Sequence record: MZ443771.1
Strand: one strand, 5' to 3'
Length of the DNA: 64,000 bases
Made by a program: the position numbers and the translations under genes. Below the pieces are notes generated by a model. That model had not been told where the DNA came from. It saw only the letters and a list, made by a program, of their open reading frames with translations, and did no database searches. Positions 45,924 through 54,794 of the stretch are shown piece by piece. Positions within the stretch are counted from its first letter, which is position 1, and each line of letters starts with the position of its first letter.

Positions 45924-46799
45924 TTAAACGGTTAACTTTTTATACTTAAAGCTGATCTTAGGTTGAGTGCCCGGATCAGCAGAGACAGGAACAAAATCAT
46001 CACTAGACAGACTGATAAATGCCTTTAGTGCAGCGTGATAGCAAAATGCCTTGTCGAGAATAACTGATTCGTCTGCGAGATCTGCCTGACGTTGATACAT
46101 GCGAGCATCAGTAGTCGATGCAGCGGAGAGCGCAGGCGTACCGTAACCGCTGTTAGCCACAACACCAGCACTGACAGCAGCTTGCAGCAGTTTAAACTCG
46201 GTAGATATTGAGGCACTTGTAGGTATCGCTATGGTTTTATCACAGGCCGAAACGTTCGTGGTAATCGAAGCAGTGTATGTAAACTGATTACCCTGATCGT
46301 GAACATAACGAAAACCTATATTGACTGTACCAGACTGACCGTAAGGACAGTTAGTACCTGCAAGCTGCACAGGAGGAAGGACAACTGTTGGGTCAGTCAA
46401 GTCTGCCATGCTCTTAACGCCGTACGTCAGGAACAGGGTTGTGTTGATACCGACACCCATACCATAACTTTGTTCTTCGGCGAATGTAGTTAGGCCAGAG
46501 ATAGTCCCAGCACCTGAGTATGACACGATATCAGTCGTTGCTTCAATGAGAGCAGATCTAAGTCGTGTGTACTTTAGAGGGCAGAAGTAATAGCGCCCAG
46601 CTTTGCGTCCACGAACAGTATTACAAAAGCCATTAAATCCTAAAACGCTACGAGCACGTTTCGCCAAGAGATTGGCATCTGTAAGGTTGGTTGCAGATAC
46701 GGTTGGTTCTTCTCGACTGTCAAACAAGAATACATTTGGGTGGGCATCAGTCGGTCCTGATAGTCCAGAAAAAGATGATATGTACTGCATGGTTTCCAC
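45924..46799 (-). CDS. Putative virion protein
   Basis: 291 aa, Ser/Thr/Ala-rich, behind ATAATTTT at 46838-46845. Confidence 0.45.
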   Translation of the reverse strand: METMQYISSFSGLSGPTDAHPNVFLFDSREEPTVSATNLTDANLLAKRARSVLGFNGFCNTVRGRKAGRYYFCPLKYTRLRSALIEATTDIVSYSGAGTISGLTTFAEEQSYGMGVGINTTLFLTYGVKSMADLTDPTVVLPPVQLAGTNCPYGQSGTVNIGFRYVHDQGNQFTYTASITTNVSACDKTIAIPTSASISTEFKLLQAAVSAGVVANSGYGTPALSAASTTDARMYQRQADLADESVILDKAFCYHAALKAFISLSSDDFVPVSADPGTQPKISFKYKKLTV

Positions 46800-46858
46800 C
46801 TCAGAGTATTGAGTAAAGGTGCTACGTACTTGACATAAAAATTATCTGTAGAAACGAC

Positions 46859-46878
46859 AAAAGGGGCCGAAGCCCCTT
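46859..46878 (-). terminator. Intrinsic terminator
   Basis: AAGGGGC-TTCG-GCCCCTT followed by TT. Confidence 0.8.
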
Positions 46879-47224
46879 AGAATGTCCAACGTGTCAACCA
46901 AACGATCACTACAGGCCAGATGCCTATATGAGCCAAATAAGCAAAGCGCATCAGCTTACCTTTGATGTACTTACCGATAACGATCTCATTCAATGCTCCG
47001 TACACGCCAGCAAAAGCAGAGAACAACAGAACGAGAAATGCAATCTGGTCTGTACTCATTTCAAAGATGCGATAGCCTGCTACGACGAATACCACACAGG
47101 AGAAACCGAGAGTCCCGTAGATAGACGATGAGGAAGCGTTCGGCTTGAACACGATATCATACAGGCCAAAGCTCAACAGAATCGACAGCAGCATTAACGC
47201 TTGGTAATCGGCTGACATGCGCAC
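46877..47224 (-). CDS. Small integral membrane protein
   Basis: 115 aa with about four hydrophobic segments. Confidence 0.65.
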   Translation of the reverse strand: MRMSADYQALMLLSILLSFGLYDIVFKPNASSSSIYGTLGFSCVVFVVAGYRIFEMSTDQIAFLVLLFSAFAGVYGALNEIVIGKYIKGKLMRFAYLAHIGIWPVVIVWLTRWTF

Positions 47225-47511
47225 TCCACATCTTCTACACTGATAGGTTTCTTGCGGCGCATATCAAGTGCGAGTTGTGCCTTACGTCCGATACGTGCCA
47301 TAGACTCAAGGTCTTCGTCAGAGTAACCGCTCATGCTTTCTGTGACGATAGCCATCTTTGTCATCTGGCTAGGAGTCAGATCGTACTGGTCGATGCCGTC
47401 AACAAGACCAACACCGAACCCTGCAATCTTGTTCCAGACGTCAGGCACGTTGTCATCGACTTTAACCATCAACGTTCCGTGACGCGCTACATCGTGAATA
47501 TTACGAGTCAT
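47194..47511 (-). CDS. Hypothetical protein
   Basis: Likely start MTRNIH at 47511 with AGGAG RBS. Confidence 0.6.
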   Translation of the reverse strand: MTRNIHDVARHGTLMVKVDDNVPDVWNKIAGFGVGLVDGIDQYDLTPSQMTKMAIVTESMSGYSDEDLESMARIGRKAQLALDMRRKKPISVEDVECACQPITKR

Positions 47512-47512
47512 A

Positions 47513-48232
47513 CTAAACTCCCTGATTGGCGAGATAAGTATCGGTGATGTTCGAGGTCTTCTCAACGTTACCGCGAATATAACCAATTTCGAATACCTGA
47601 ACGTTGTGTTTGACAACAGCTTCACCCACTGTCTCACACGTACCGTTATTCAGATCGATGAATGCCTGACACAGACGATCTGCTACAGGCTTGGCTAAGA
47701 TCTTCATCAGCGTATGCTTCTGCACTGCGGACAGTTTGATTGGCAGTGCGTCAATCTCACGCTCGATGTTCTTCTTACCGCCATCATAAATCCAACGACA
47801 GATGGTTGCAGTCAAAGGCTTCTGGTGAGTCTTCGACGGCAACGTATAGATGTAGGTCATCAGTCGATAGAACAGGCTGCCGTCAATCGCACGACGTTTG
47901 AGATCGTCCAGATACTTGCCAACAGGTTGCAGCTTGGCTTTCTGTGGAACCATCTCGTCGAGTTTGAGATCAACGTCTAGGCCGTAGCGCTTCAACGTTT
48001 CACTGTGACCAAACACGTAGACAATATGATCAGGCATGTCACGAATCGCAACAGCGTTACGCGAATACTCACGCGAGCCAACAACGAAAATGTACTTACG
48101 ATATTTCTTCGAAGGATCAAGCGTACCACCAGCAGGAACAAACGTCACGCGGTCAGCATGTCCTTTCTTTTTAAGCCAGCCCATGACTTGCTCTGGGCTT
48201 TGGCGTGTTACAGCGATTACAGGCATTGTCAC
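47513..48232 (-). CDS. Hypothetical protein
   Basis: 239 aa in the sbcC operon. Confidence 0.65.
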   Translation of the reverse strand: MTMPVIAVTRQSPEQVMGWLKKKGHADRVTFVPAGGTLDPSKKYRKYIFVVGSREYSRNAVAIRDMPDHIVYVFGHSETLKRYGLDVDLKLDEMVPQKAKLQPVGKYLDDLKRRAIDGSLFYRLMTYIYTLPSKTHQKPLTATICRWIYDGGKKNIEREIDALPIKLSAVQKHTLMKILAKPVADRLCQAFIDLNNGTCETVGEAVVKHNVQVFEIGYIRGNVEKTSNITDTYLANQGV

Positions 48233-48552
48233 TCCACCGTATCGAGAAGTTGTGCTGTGAACTCACGCAGGCGCGCTTCGAGAAACTTACCAGTCTCTGG
48301 ATGACAGATGAGCTGGTCGTTTTTCAGATAGACACGATTCGACGGTCTAAGCACTTTGCGCTTTTTAGGATTCATGCGCAGCGCTTGATGCACCGGTGTT
48401 GCGTAGAAGTCTTCTTCGACTTCATCCATGCAGTTCACATTGAACACCACTTCGTACTTCGCAAACAAATGCAGGTTACGCGTGATAGTGCCCATGTCTA
48501 TTGGTACGCTGTGCTTCTCATGATCGCGATTAAGCTGTCCGAAGATCATCAC
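48229..48552 (-). CDS. Hypothetical protein
   Basis: 107 aa, overlaps the sbcC stop. Confidence 0.6.
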   Translation of the reverse strand: MMIFGQLNRDHEKHSVPIDMGTITRNLHLFAKYEVVFNVNCMDEVEEDFYATPVHQALRMNPKKRKVLRPSNRVYLKNDQLICHPETGKFLEARLREFTAQLLDTVE

Positions 48553-50879
48553 ATCACCTTACGTGTTAATACGGACGTGCCGTTCTTCTTGGTCACTGTC
48601 CATTGATTATCTGAGAAGTGCTCGACACCGTTAGGCGTTATCCAGTAAACGTTCGGGATAATCTGCTTGAGTATCGGCAGGAAGTTATTGACGATGTGCT
48701 CACTTACTGCTGGGCTGCAACTGTTATCAGGTTCGTCCAGAACGATGAAGTTAGTACGACGACCAGCTGGGATGAACGGCATGATCGCAACAGCAAACAA
48801 CAGGCGGAAGCAGTTAGTCTCTGCACCACTCATGATTGCAATGTCTGTGGTCTTCTTAGAAGTCACACGCGTAACAGTCGCACCAACACCCTGCTTGGTA
48901 GTAAACAGTTGGAAGCGCATAGGCTCAGGGAACACAAGGCCGCTGTACTCATTCAGCTTCGCTTCAATCTGCTGCAATCGACCTTCAACTGCTTTCAGCT
49001 TGAGTGCGTTGTTGCTGTATGCTTTGTACAGGACTTCGAATACCTTACGCTTATCAATCATCGGCTGGAGCTTGGCCAACTTGGTACGCAGTTCACGCAG
49101 CGTTTCCTCGTAGTGCTCATGCTCCTGAATACGCATCTGAATGCCCTGAGCTTTGCGATCTTTCTTCTCGATATCCGTGATGAGCTTGTTGAGTTCCTTC
49201 TCAATCTTTTTGTATCGACCATCGAGAACGTAGAACGGGTCTTCAGGTTCGCCTACAGCTTTCAGCGCAGAGGTCAGGTCTTTCAGAATCTCAAGATCCT
49301 TGATACGGTTCTTGATCGTCTTACGAGCTTTCTTCGGCTGCTTAACCGCTTTAGGTTTCTTGAGAGCGTCACGCTTCGCCACCAGCTTCTCATACTTCTT
49401 CGCTGCTTCGAATTGTTCTTCCATCGTATCGAGTTTCTTCCCGATAGACTTCAACTGCTTCTCAAGTTCTTTGCGGTCATGCTTAGGCTTCTTCACCTTG
49501 TTGTCTTTCAACGCGGTGAGTTCTGCATTCAGTTTGTGGTAGTCAATCGCTTCGATACACTCATCAATGATTGCCTGAGCTTTCGTTGCAGCGCGTGACA
49601 TAGCTTTCAAGTCAACGTCTTGTCCGCAGGTAGGGCAAGAGTTACCGTCATGGTCGTGCTCCTCAAACGCACGATACGCCTGAACTATCGCTTTGGATTC
49701 TGCTCGGGCATCTTGTGCCTCTTCCTGAGTTCGTTTAGGAGCTTTGAGCTTAGACAGCTTTTTACTGAGCTTGTCAACTGCTTCTCGCCAGTCGTCGTAT
49801 TCTTCTTGTTGCTCATCAACTTTCTCCAACAGCTCCTGCAGGCTCTCTTCTTCCTTGACCAAAGCGCTGTGCTTCTTACGCAGCTTTTTGTTGTCGAGGT
49901 CGGCAACATCGCCGAGAGCTTTGATTTTCTTTTTGACCGATGCAAGTTCTGCTTCGTATTCTTCGAGGTCAGACACGTACTCATCGTAACGGTCAAACTC
50001 CACCAGCATACCACGAAGGTTATTCAGTTCACCTTTCGGATCGTCAGACTCAATGCCGAGCGTATCGAGCTGGTGCTTGAGCTTTTCGTACTTACGCGCA
50101 GACGAACGAGCAGAGCCGAGATCAATCAACTCTTCACCTAAACGGTTACGGCGTTTCTTCAACTTGTCCGACTGTTCGATGATGGCTGCAAGCGTATTCT
50201 TTTCCTGAGCGTGAATGTCCAGCGCGTTCTGTTTACGCTGCGTCACGTCAAGCATATCAGCCAAGCCTTTAGATTCTGTCTCTGCTTCTTTCGCAAGGTC
50301 CAGTTTCTTTTTCAGCGCGATACGGATGTTATCGAACACATCAAGGCCGAATAGGTTTGTCAGATACTTGAGTCGATCAGCAGGTGACGAACGCTGGAAC
50401 GGATGTTCAATCTGCGACTGAATGTAGCAGTAGCTATAGAACTCCTCACGCGTTAATGGCCAGTGCTTAGTCACCCAAGAACGTGCAACGTCCTGACGAT
50501 CTACTTTCTGGTCTTCACCGTTGTAGTAAACTTTGTACTTGGTCTTCGTCTGCACGATGCGAACGATGCCACCAAGAGGTGAGTGCCACGACAGGTCAAT
50601 CGAGCTATCCTTGCCGAGCATGTTACCCTTGTCTTTCTTTTTCAGAGCAAGCGGGTCTGCTTCATACAGCAATGTTGGGATAGCACCGAACAGGAGGCTT
50701 TTGCCTACACCATTCGTGTTGTCTTTGACGTTTGGACTATCGAGGTTCTTACCACAAATAGTTGCGAAGCCTTCACTGTCCAGTGTGTCGATATCAAGCT
50801 CTTTGTACACGCCAACATCGCGGAGATGAATCTCTTTCAGGCCGATGCCGTGGTTATGTTTCTGCTTCGCTTTGCCCAT
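48549..50879 (-). CDS. sbcC: SbcC/Rad50/gp46-type ABC ATPase
   Basis: Walker A NGVGKS, long coiled coil with CPTCG zinc hook, signature MSGAE, Walker B VLDEP. Confidence 0.92.
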   Translation of the reverse strand: MGKAKQKHNHGIGLKEIHLRDVGVYKELDIDTLDSEGFATICGKNLDSPNVKDNTNGVGKSLLFGAIPTLLYEADPLALKKKDKGNMLGKDSSIDLSWHSPLGGIVRIVQTKTKYKVYYNGEDQKVDRQDVARSWVTKHWPLTREEFYSYCYIQSQIEHPFQRSSPADRLKYLTNLFGLDVFDNIRIALKKKLDLAKEAETESKGLADMLDVTQRKQNALDIHAQEKNTLAAIIEQSDKLKKRRNRLGEELIDLGSARSSARKYEKLKHQLDTLGIESDDPKGELNNLRGMLVEFDRYDEYVSDLEEYEAELASVKKKIKALGDVADLDNKKLRKKHSALVKEEESLQELLEKVDEQQEEYDDWREAVDKLSKKLSKLKAPKRTQEEAQDARAESKAIVQAYRAFEEHDHDGNSCPTCGQDVDLKAMSRAATKAQAIIDECIEAIDYHKLNAELTALKDNKVKKPKHDRKELEKQLKSIGKKLDTMEEQFEAAKKYEKLVAKRDALKKPKAVKQPKKARKTIKNRIKDLEILKDLTSALKAVGEPEDPFYVLDGRYKKIEKELNKLITDIEKKDRKAQGIQMRIQEHEHYEETLRELRTKLAKLQPMIDKRKVFEVLYKAYSNNALKLKAVEGRLQQIEAKLNEYSGLVFPEPMRFQLFTTKQGVGATVTRVTSKKTTDIAIMSGAETNCFRLLFAVAIMPFIPAGRRTNFIVLDEPDNSCSPAVSEHIVNNFLPILKQIIPNVYWITPNGVEHFSDNQWTVTKKNGTSVLTRKVM

Positions 50880-51067
50880 TAGATGTACTCGCAGGTCTGT
50901 TCTTGAATCAGGCCTTTACCGTGAGTCTGTTCGAACACTTCGATCTCATCATCGGTATAAGGCTCACCTGCTTCTGCGATAACGTCATACGAAATTGATT
51001 CGTCACGCGTATCTGACACAACAGGTTTGATGAGTCGCCACAGAGGTAATGCAGTTTTAGTAGTCAT
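50879..51067 (-). CDS. Hypothetical protein
   Basis: 62 aa, coupled. Confidence 0.55.
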   Translation of the reverse strand: MTTKTALPLWRLIKPVVSDTRDESISYDVIAEAGEPYTDDEIEVFEQTHGKGLIQEQTCEYI

Positions 51068-51276
51068 TAGTGAAATACCTTCTGGCGTTCAACCCAAAGA
51101 TCAGCAGCACGATACACCTTACGCAGTTCTTCCAGCTTTGCTTCTGGAACAGGTGTTGGTGAAGAGAAGATGCACTGCGGTGTCTTCTCCTCTTTGCCTG
51201 TTACTGGATTGATATCGGTATCGTGACGCATTACGTTCCAGCACCCGTTAGTGCGGATATTGATAGTCTGTTCCAC
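51067..51276 (-). CDS. Hypothetical protein
   Basis: 69 aa, coupled. Confidence 0.55.
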   Translation of the reverse strand: MEQTINIRTNGCWNVMRHDTDINPVTGKEEKTPQCIFSSPTPVPEAKLEELRKVYRAADLWVERQKVFH

Positions 51277-51312
51277 TGCAATGTACCTATATTTGGTCTA
51301 AATGATATATGC

Positions 51313-51321
51313 TATTTACAG
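51313..51321 (-). promoter_or_regulatory. Putative replication-class promoter motif (CTGTAAATA)
   Basis: Heads the operon containing sbcC. Confidence 0.6.
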
Positions 51322-51355
51322 TTTTAAGGTGTATAGACGAAAAGAAGGGCCACCC

Positions 51356-51874
51356 TTAGGCAGCCCCTTCGTACACTTTGCGTTTGCCACCGTCCATGTA
51401 GTGGTCTGCATAGAACGGACCGCTAACACCTTTGAGGCCTAGTTTATTTTTAAGGGTATTCTTACGCGCGAACACATACTTCAAATGCTCGTTGCGTTTT
51501 CTTCTGCGCTCTGGCGACCAACCCTTCATCTCGTTTTCAATCTTACGCACTGAGGCATCGAGAGAAACGAGGTTCTGATAATCGTTGGTTGCTTTGCTGC
51601 ACGATGAGAATACCTTACGCACACCGTTGTCGAGATAGTGGTCTTCGTAGAAAGGACCGCTAACATCGTCTAAGCCTATTCGACGTCTAAGCTGACGGTG
51701 AAGACGCTTCGGCCACACCAGCTCGTCATCAATCAGGTGGATTACTGCGGGCATTGCTTCGCGCTGATCGTTAAGCAAAGAATTGATCTTCGCGTCGATG
51801 CGACACAACTCTTTGTAGTCGTCATGAGGCGAAGGACATTGCGCTTTGGATAAATCGACAGTGAGTTCCATCAA
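51356..51874 (-). CDS. Hypothetical protein with an internal duplication
   Basis: IGLDDVSGPFYEDHYLDNGVRKVF and LGLKGVSGPFYADHYMDGGKRKVY. Confidence 0.65.
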   Translation of the reverse strand: MMELTVDLSKAQCPSPHDDYKELCRIDAKINSLLNDQREAMPAVIHLIDDELVWPKRLHRQLRRRIGLDDVSGPFYEDHYLDNGVRKVFSSCSKATNDYQNLVSLDASVRKIENEMKGWSPERRRKRNEHLKYVFARKNTLKNKLGLKGVSGPFYADHYMDGGKRKVYEGAA

Positions 51875-52317
51875 TACCTCCGAGGCTTTTTAGGCTTCTT
51901 GATAGCTGACTTAGGTCGCTTGATACGTTGCAGTGCCTTACGCGCTTCGACAATCTGCTTGGCGACAGTAGCACGACGCTCTTTGATTTGCGCAGTGTCC
52001 TGTTCAGTACCTTTCAGTTTATCAAGACGGTTCCACTCTTTGACCAAGCGATCAACTACAGCAGCACGGGAAACGCGTTGCTGATTGACACGCACAATGT
52101 CCTGCTGGGTCTTAACTGAGTTGCGCGTAGCATTGACTTCATCACGCGCTGACGTTACGCCTTTGGTATCGCCCTCAGATTGCTTGTCGTTAAGTTTCTT
52201 ACGAGCAACAGCAGCACGGCGTTGTGCTCCCTTGAGATCGTCTTTCGAGTTCTCTAAGGAAACTTTTGTGTCTTCAAGTGGGCTGGTGCGCACACTCAAA
52301 CTAACTTGAATTTCCAT
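51871..52317 (-). CDS. MEIQVSLS-tagged basic coiled-coil protein
   Basis: 148 aa from the ATG at 52317 (GGAG RBS); ORF-track start is upstream of a terminator. Confidence 0.65.
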   Translation of the reverse strand: MEIQVSLSVRTSPLEDTKVSLENSKDDLKGAQRRAAVARKKLNDKQSEGDTKGVTSARDEVNATRNSVKTQQDIVRVNQQRVSRAAVVDRLVKEWNRLDKLKGTEQDTAQIKERRATVAKQIVEARKALQRIKRPKSAIKKPKKPRRY

Positions 52318-52333
52318 GACGGCTCCAGAAATG

Positions 52334-52360
52334 AAAAAGGGCAGCCGAAGCCACCCTTTT
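52334..52360 (-). terminator. Intrinsic terminator (GGGTGGC-TTCG-GCTGCCC)
   Basis: Stem-loop plus T-run. Confidence 0.8.
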
Positions 52361-52447
52361 GTAGATGGCGCGCTATGCACCCGACTGTTAAGTCTACTAC
52401 GATTATTTTACCTCGCAGTAGTGGGCGAGGAGATTAGGATCACCTCC

Positions 52448-52984
52448 TCATGCTGATTGAAGATCGAGAAGTTCCTCGTCTTCGATATCAGCGGCAGACC
52501 ACGAACGAAGCACGGAAGCATTGCCGCGATTGCCTGTCAACATCATTTTGATTGACGGCTTAGCATCGCGCTCTGCATAGTGATCGATAAGAGCTTTCTC
52601 TGTACCGAACCACAGAATGGAGTGACCACCTTTAGGGCAGATTAAGAACTGCGCCGGACGCTGAGGTACGTTCAACGTCATGTAGAAATCGCCGGCACCT
52701 GTAGGGCCCATCATAGGCATAGGCTTCATGACAGCCATGAAGTCGTTAGCATCTTTCAGACGCTTATCGCCGAGCAACCACAGTGCGCCTTCTTCACCTT
52801 CACGCACGGCAGACAATGTGCCTTTGCGAGTAGTGATAGATCCGAATGTGTCTTGATCGAAGCGGGCCAGACCAAAGATAAGTGATGCAAGTTTCTTCAG
52901 GTCAGGGGTCGTGCATGGGCTGTCAATTTTCGCCATGCCCTCAGACCCAAGTGTAATCTTCGAGAGTGAAACAAAGATTTCCAT
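52448..52984 (-). CDS. MEIFVSLS-tagged hypothetical protein
   Basis: 178 aa, behind CTAATTTT at 53020-53027. Confidence 0.65.
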   Translation of the reverse strand: MEIFVSLSKITLGSEGMAKIDSPCTTPDLKKLASLIFGLARFDQDTFGSITTRKGTLSAVREGEEGALWLLGDKRLKDANDFMAVMKPMPMMGPTGAGDFYMTLNVPQRPAQFLICPKGGHSILWFGTEKALIDHYAERDAKPSIKMMLTGNRGNASVLRSWSAADIEDEELLDLQSA

Positions 52985-53051
52985 TGTTTGTCTTCCAGCG
53001 CTATTGTGAATTGTAGTCTAAAATTAGCGTCCCATCAGACATTTCTGAAAT

Positions 53052-53082
53052 AAAAATGGGCAGCTAAATAGCCACCCATTTT
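53052..53082 (-). terminator. Intrinsic terminator after dnaX
   Basis: ATGGGTGGCTA-TT-TAGCTGCCCAT followed by TTTT. Confidence 0.75.
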
Positions 53083-53090
53083 TCACTTAT

Positions 53091-54365
53091 TTACTTTTTC
53101 TTCTTTTTCTTTTTAGGCTTTTCGTCTTCATCGTCGTTGCCTAAATCAACCACCAGCTTGCCACTATAGATATCAGACATGGTTCTGGTGATGCAGGTTT
53201 CGAGCATGATATCTGCCGGTACGGAAGTTGAGTTGAATGCAACCTCTGCGTCTGCTAATGCTGATTGCAAATACACCAGACTGACCAGATTGACTTTGAT
53301 GTTGTCTTTCTTGGTCATATTCATGAACATCTTGAGGCCAGCAGACTGCCACTTGTTCGTCTCGGCGTAATGCCCCAGCACACCGTGAATAATCCAACGA
53401 GCTTTCGCTACGATGCCGCGCGGGTTGTTTGCTTCACGCAGGAACTGAATCACACCAATCAGGTCCATCGAGAGATAAGCACCAATCGTCTGAACCGCTT
53501 TCGCTTCCATGTCGATTTCTGGATCAGCAGCAGCGAGTTCGGCAACGAGGTTCTTATCGAAGTCTTCGCCACCTTTAACAGACGAGTAGATGTTTTGCAG
53601 CATGGTGATTGCACCACGCATCTGACCACCAGCATACTCTGCAACCTGATGCAGTGCCGCTTCTGCTTTATCACGAGCCTTGTCTTTCTTCGGCAGGATA
53701 TCCAGCTTGCCGCTAATCTCTACCAGACGTTTGTGAATCACGTCAGTAGGAATAGGTCTGATTGGCAATTGGGTCATGCGACTGATCATGGTGTTCTTCA
53801 TCTTCTCAGGGTTCGTCGTTACGAAGATGAAGACAACGTGCGCTGGTGGCTGTTCGGTAATCTTGAGTAGCTTAGATTCAGCAGCACTGGACATGAGGTG
53901 CGATTCATCGAAGATGAAGATGCGGCGTTTGAACATCGGGCTTAACGGTGCACTGTCCACGATCTTCTGTGAGCCGTCAACTTTACCTGCATCGCCACCC
54001 ATGTCAAACTCTTGCACGTCCATGTGTGAACCCAAGTCCATCAGTTCACACGAACGACATTTACCACACGCGTTGAACGTGTCGCAGTTGATGTACTTCG
54101 CCACCAGACGTGCGAACGTTGTTTTACCGCTGCCGAGGTGGCCGGTGATAATCATCGTTGACGGAATCGTCTTCGACTTCTGCCAGCCTTTCATGATCTT
54201 GACGATGTGGTCTTGGCCAACATAGTCTTCGATACGCTTCGGTCGGAACTGGTCTGCGAAGTTAACTGTGGTTAGCTCTACAGACTCGGAAGAACCGCTT
54301 TTCTTCTTCGACGGTTTCCCATCGTCAAAGCTACGCTTCTTCTTTTTCTTTTCTTCTTTAGCCAT
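53091..54365 (-). CDS. dnaX: Clamp loader, DNA polymerase III gamma/tau type
   Basis: FRPKRIEDYVGQDHIV, GHLGSGKTT, C....CGKCRSC zinc module, FDESH and SAAESKLLKITE. Confidence 0.92.
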   Translation of the reverse strand: MAKEEKKKKKRSFDDGKPSKKKSGSSESVELTTVNFADQFRPKRIEDYVGQDHIVKIMKGWQKSKTIPSTMIITGHLGSGKTTFARLVAKYINCDTFNACGKCRSCELMDLGSHMDVQEFDMGGDAGKVDGSQKIVDSAPLSPMFKRRIFIFDESHLMSSAAESKLLKITEQPPAHVVFIFVTTNPEKMKNTMISRMTQLPIRPIPTDVIHKRLVEISGKLDILPKKDKARDKAEAALHQVAEYAGGQMRGAITMLQNIYSSVKGGEDFDKNLVAELAAADPEIDMEAKAVQTIGAYLSMDLIGVIQFLREANNPRGIVAKARWIIHGVLGHYAETNKWQSAGLKMFMNMTKKDNIKVNLVSLVYLQSALADAEVAFNSTSVPADIMLETCITRTMSDIYSGKLVVDLGNDDEDEKPKKKKKKK

Positions 54366-54401
54366 TGTACTTTGCCCTTTAGTCTAATGCGTTACATCAG
54401 G

Positions 54402-54410
54402 TATTTACAG
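54402..54410 (-). promoter_or_regulatory. Putative replication-class promoter motif (CTGTAAATA)
   Basis: 37 nt upstream of dnaX. Confidence 0.6.
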
Positions 54411-54508
54411 TATTTAGACAAAAAGAAAGGACCACATCCAAAATGGAGGGTCCTTATGGTGTTACAATAAGTTTTGGATGGTAACGCATCGGCAGTGGGC
54501 GCTGTCGA

Positions 54509-54706
54509 TTAGGCAAAGCACATTTCCCAGCGCGGTACAACGCGGAAGAAGTGCTTAAAGTTGGACGGTGGATTCTTCTTGATTGACTCAAGTTTCTGTT
54601 CCACTACGTCATAATCTTTTATGCCACTCTCAACGGTGTGAGTGGTGAACGTACCGTCAGCCTGAATCAAATCGGCGACAACACGGTAGCTTGGTCTACG
54701 AAGCAT
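54509..54706 (-). CDS. Hypothetical protein
   Basis: 65 aa with AGGAG RBS and CTGTAAACA at 54746-54754. Confidence 0.6.
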   Translation of the reverse strand: MLRRPSYRVVADLIQADGTFTTHTVESGIKDYDVVEQKLESIKKNPPSNFKHFFRVVPRWEMCFA

Positions 54707-54794
54707 CTATTCTCCTGTGCTAAAATTTCTCGTTCTTCTGAATTATGTTTACAGTTTACCGCGAGTAGTCACATAAGAATAAAGTCAGACAAAT

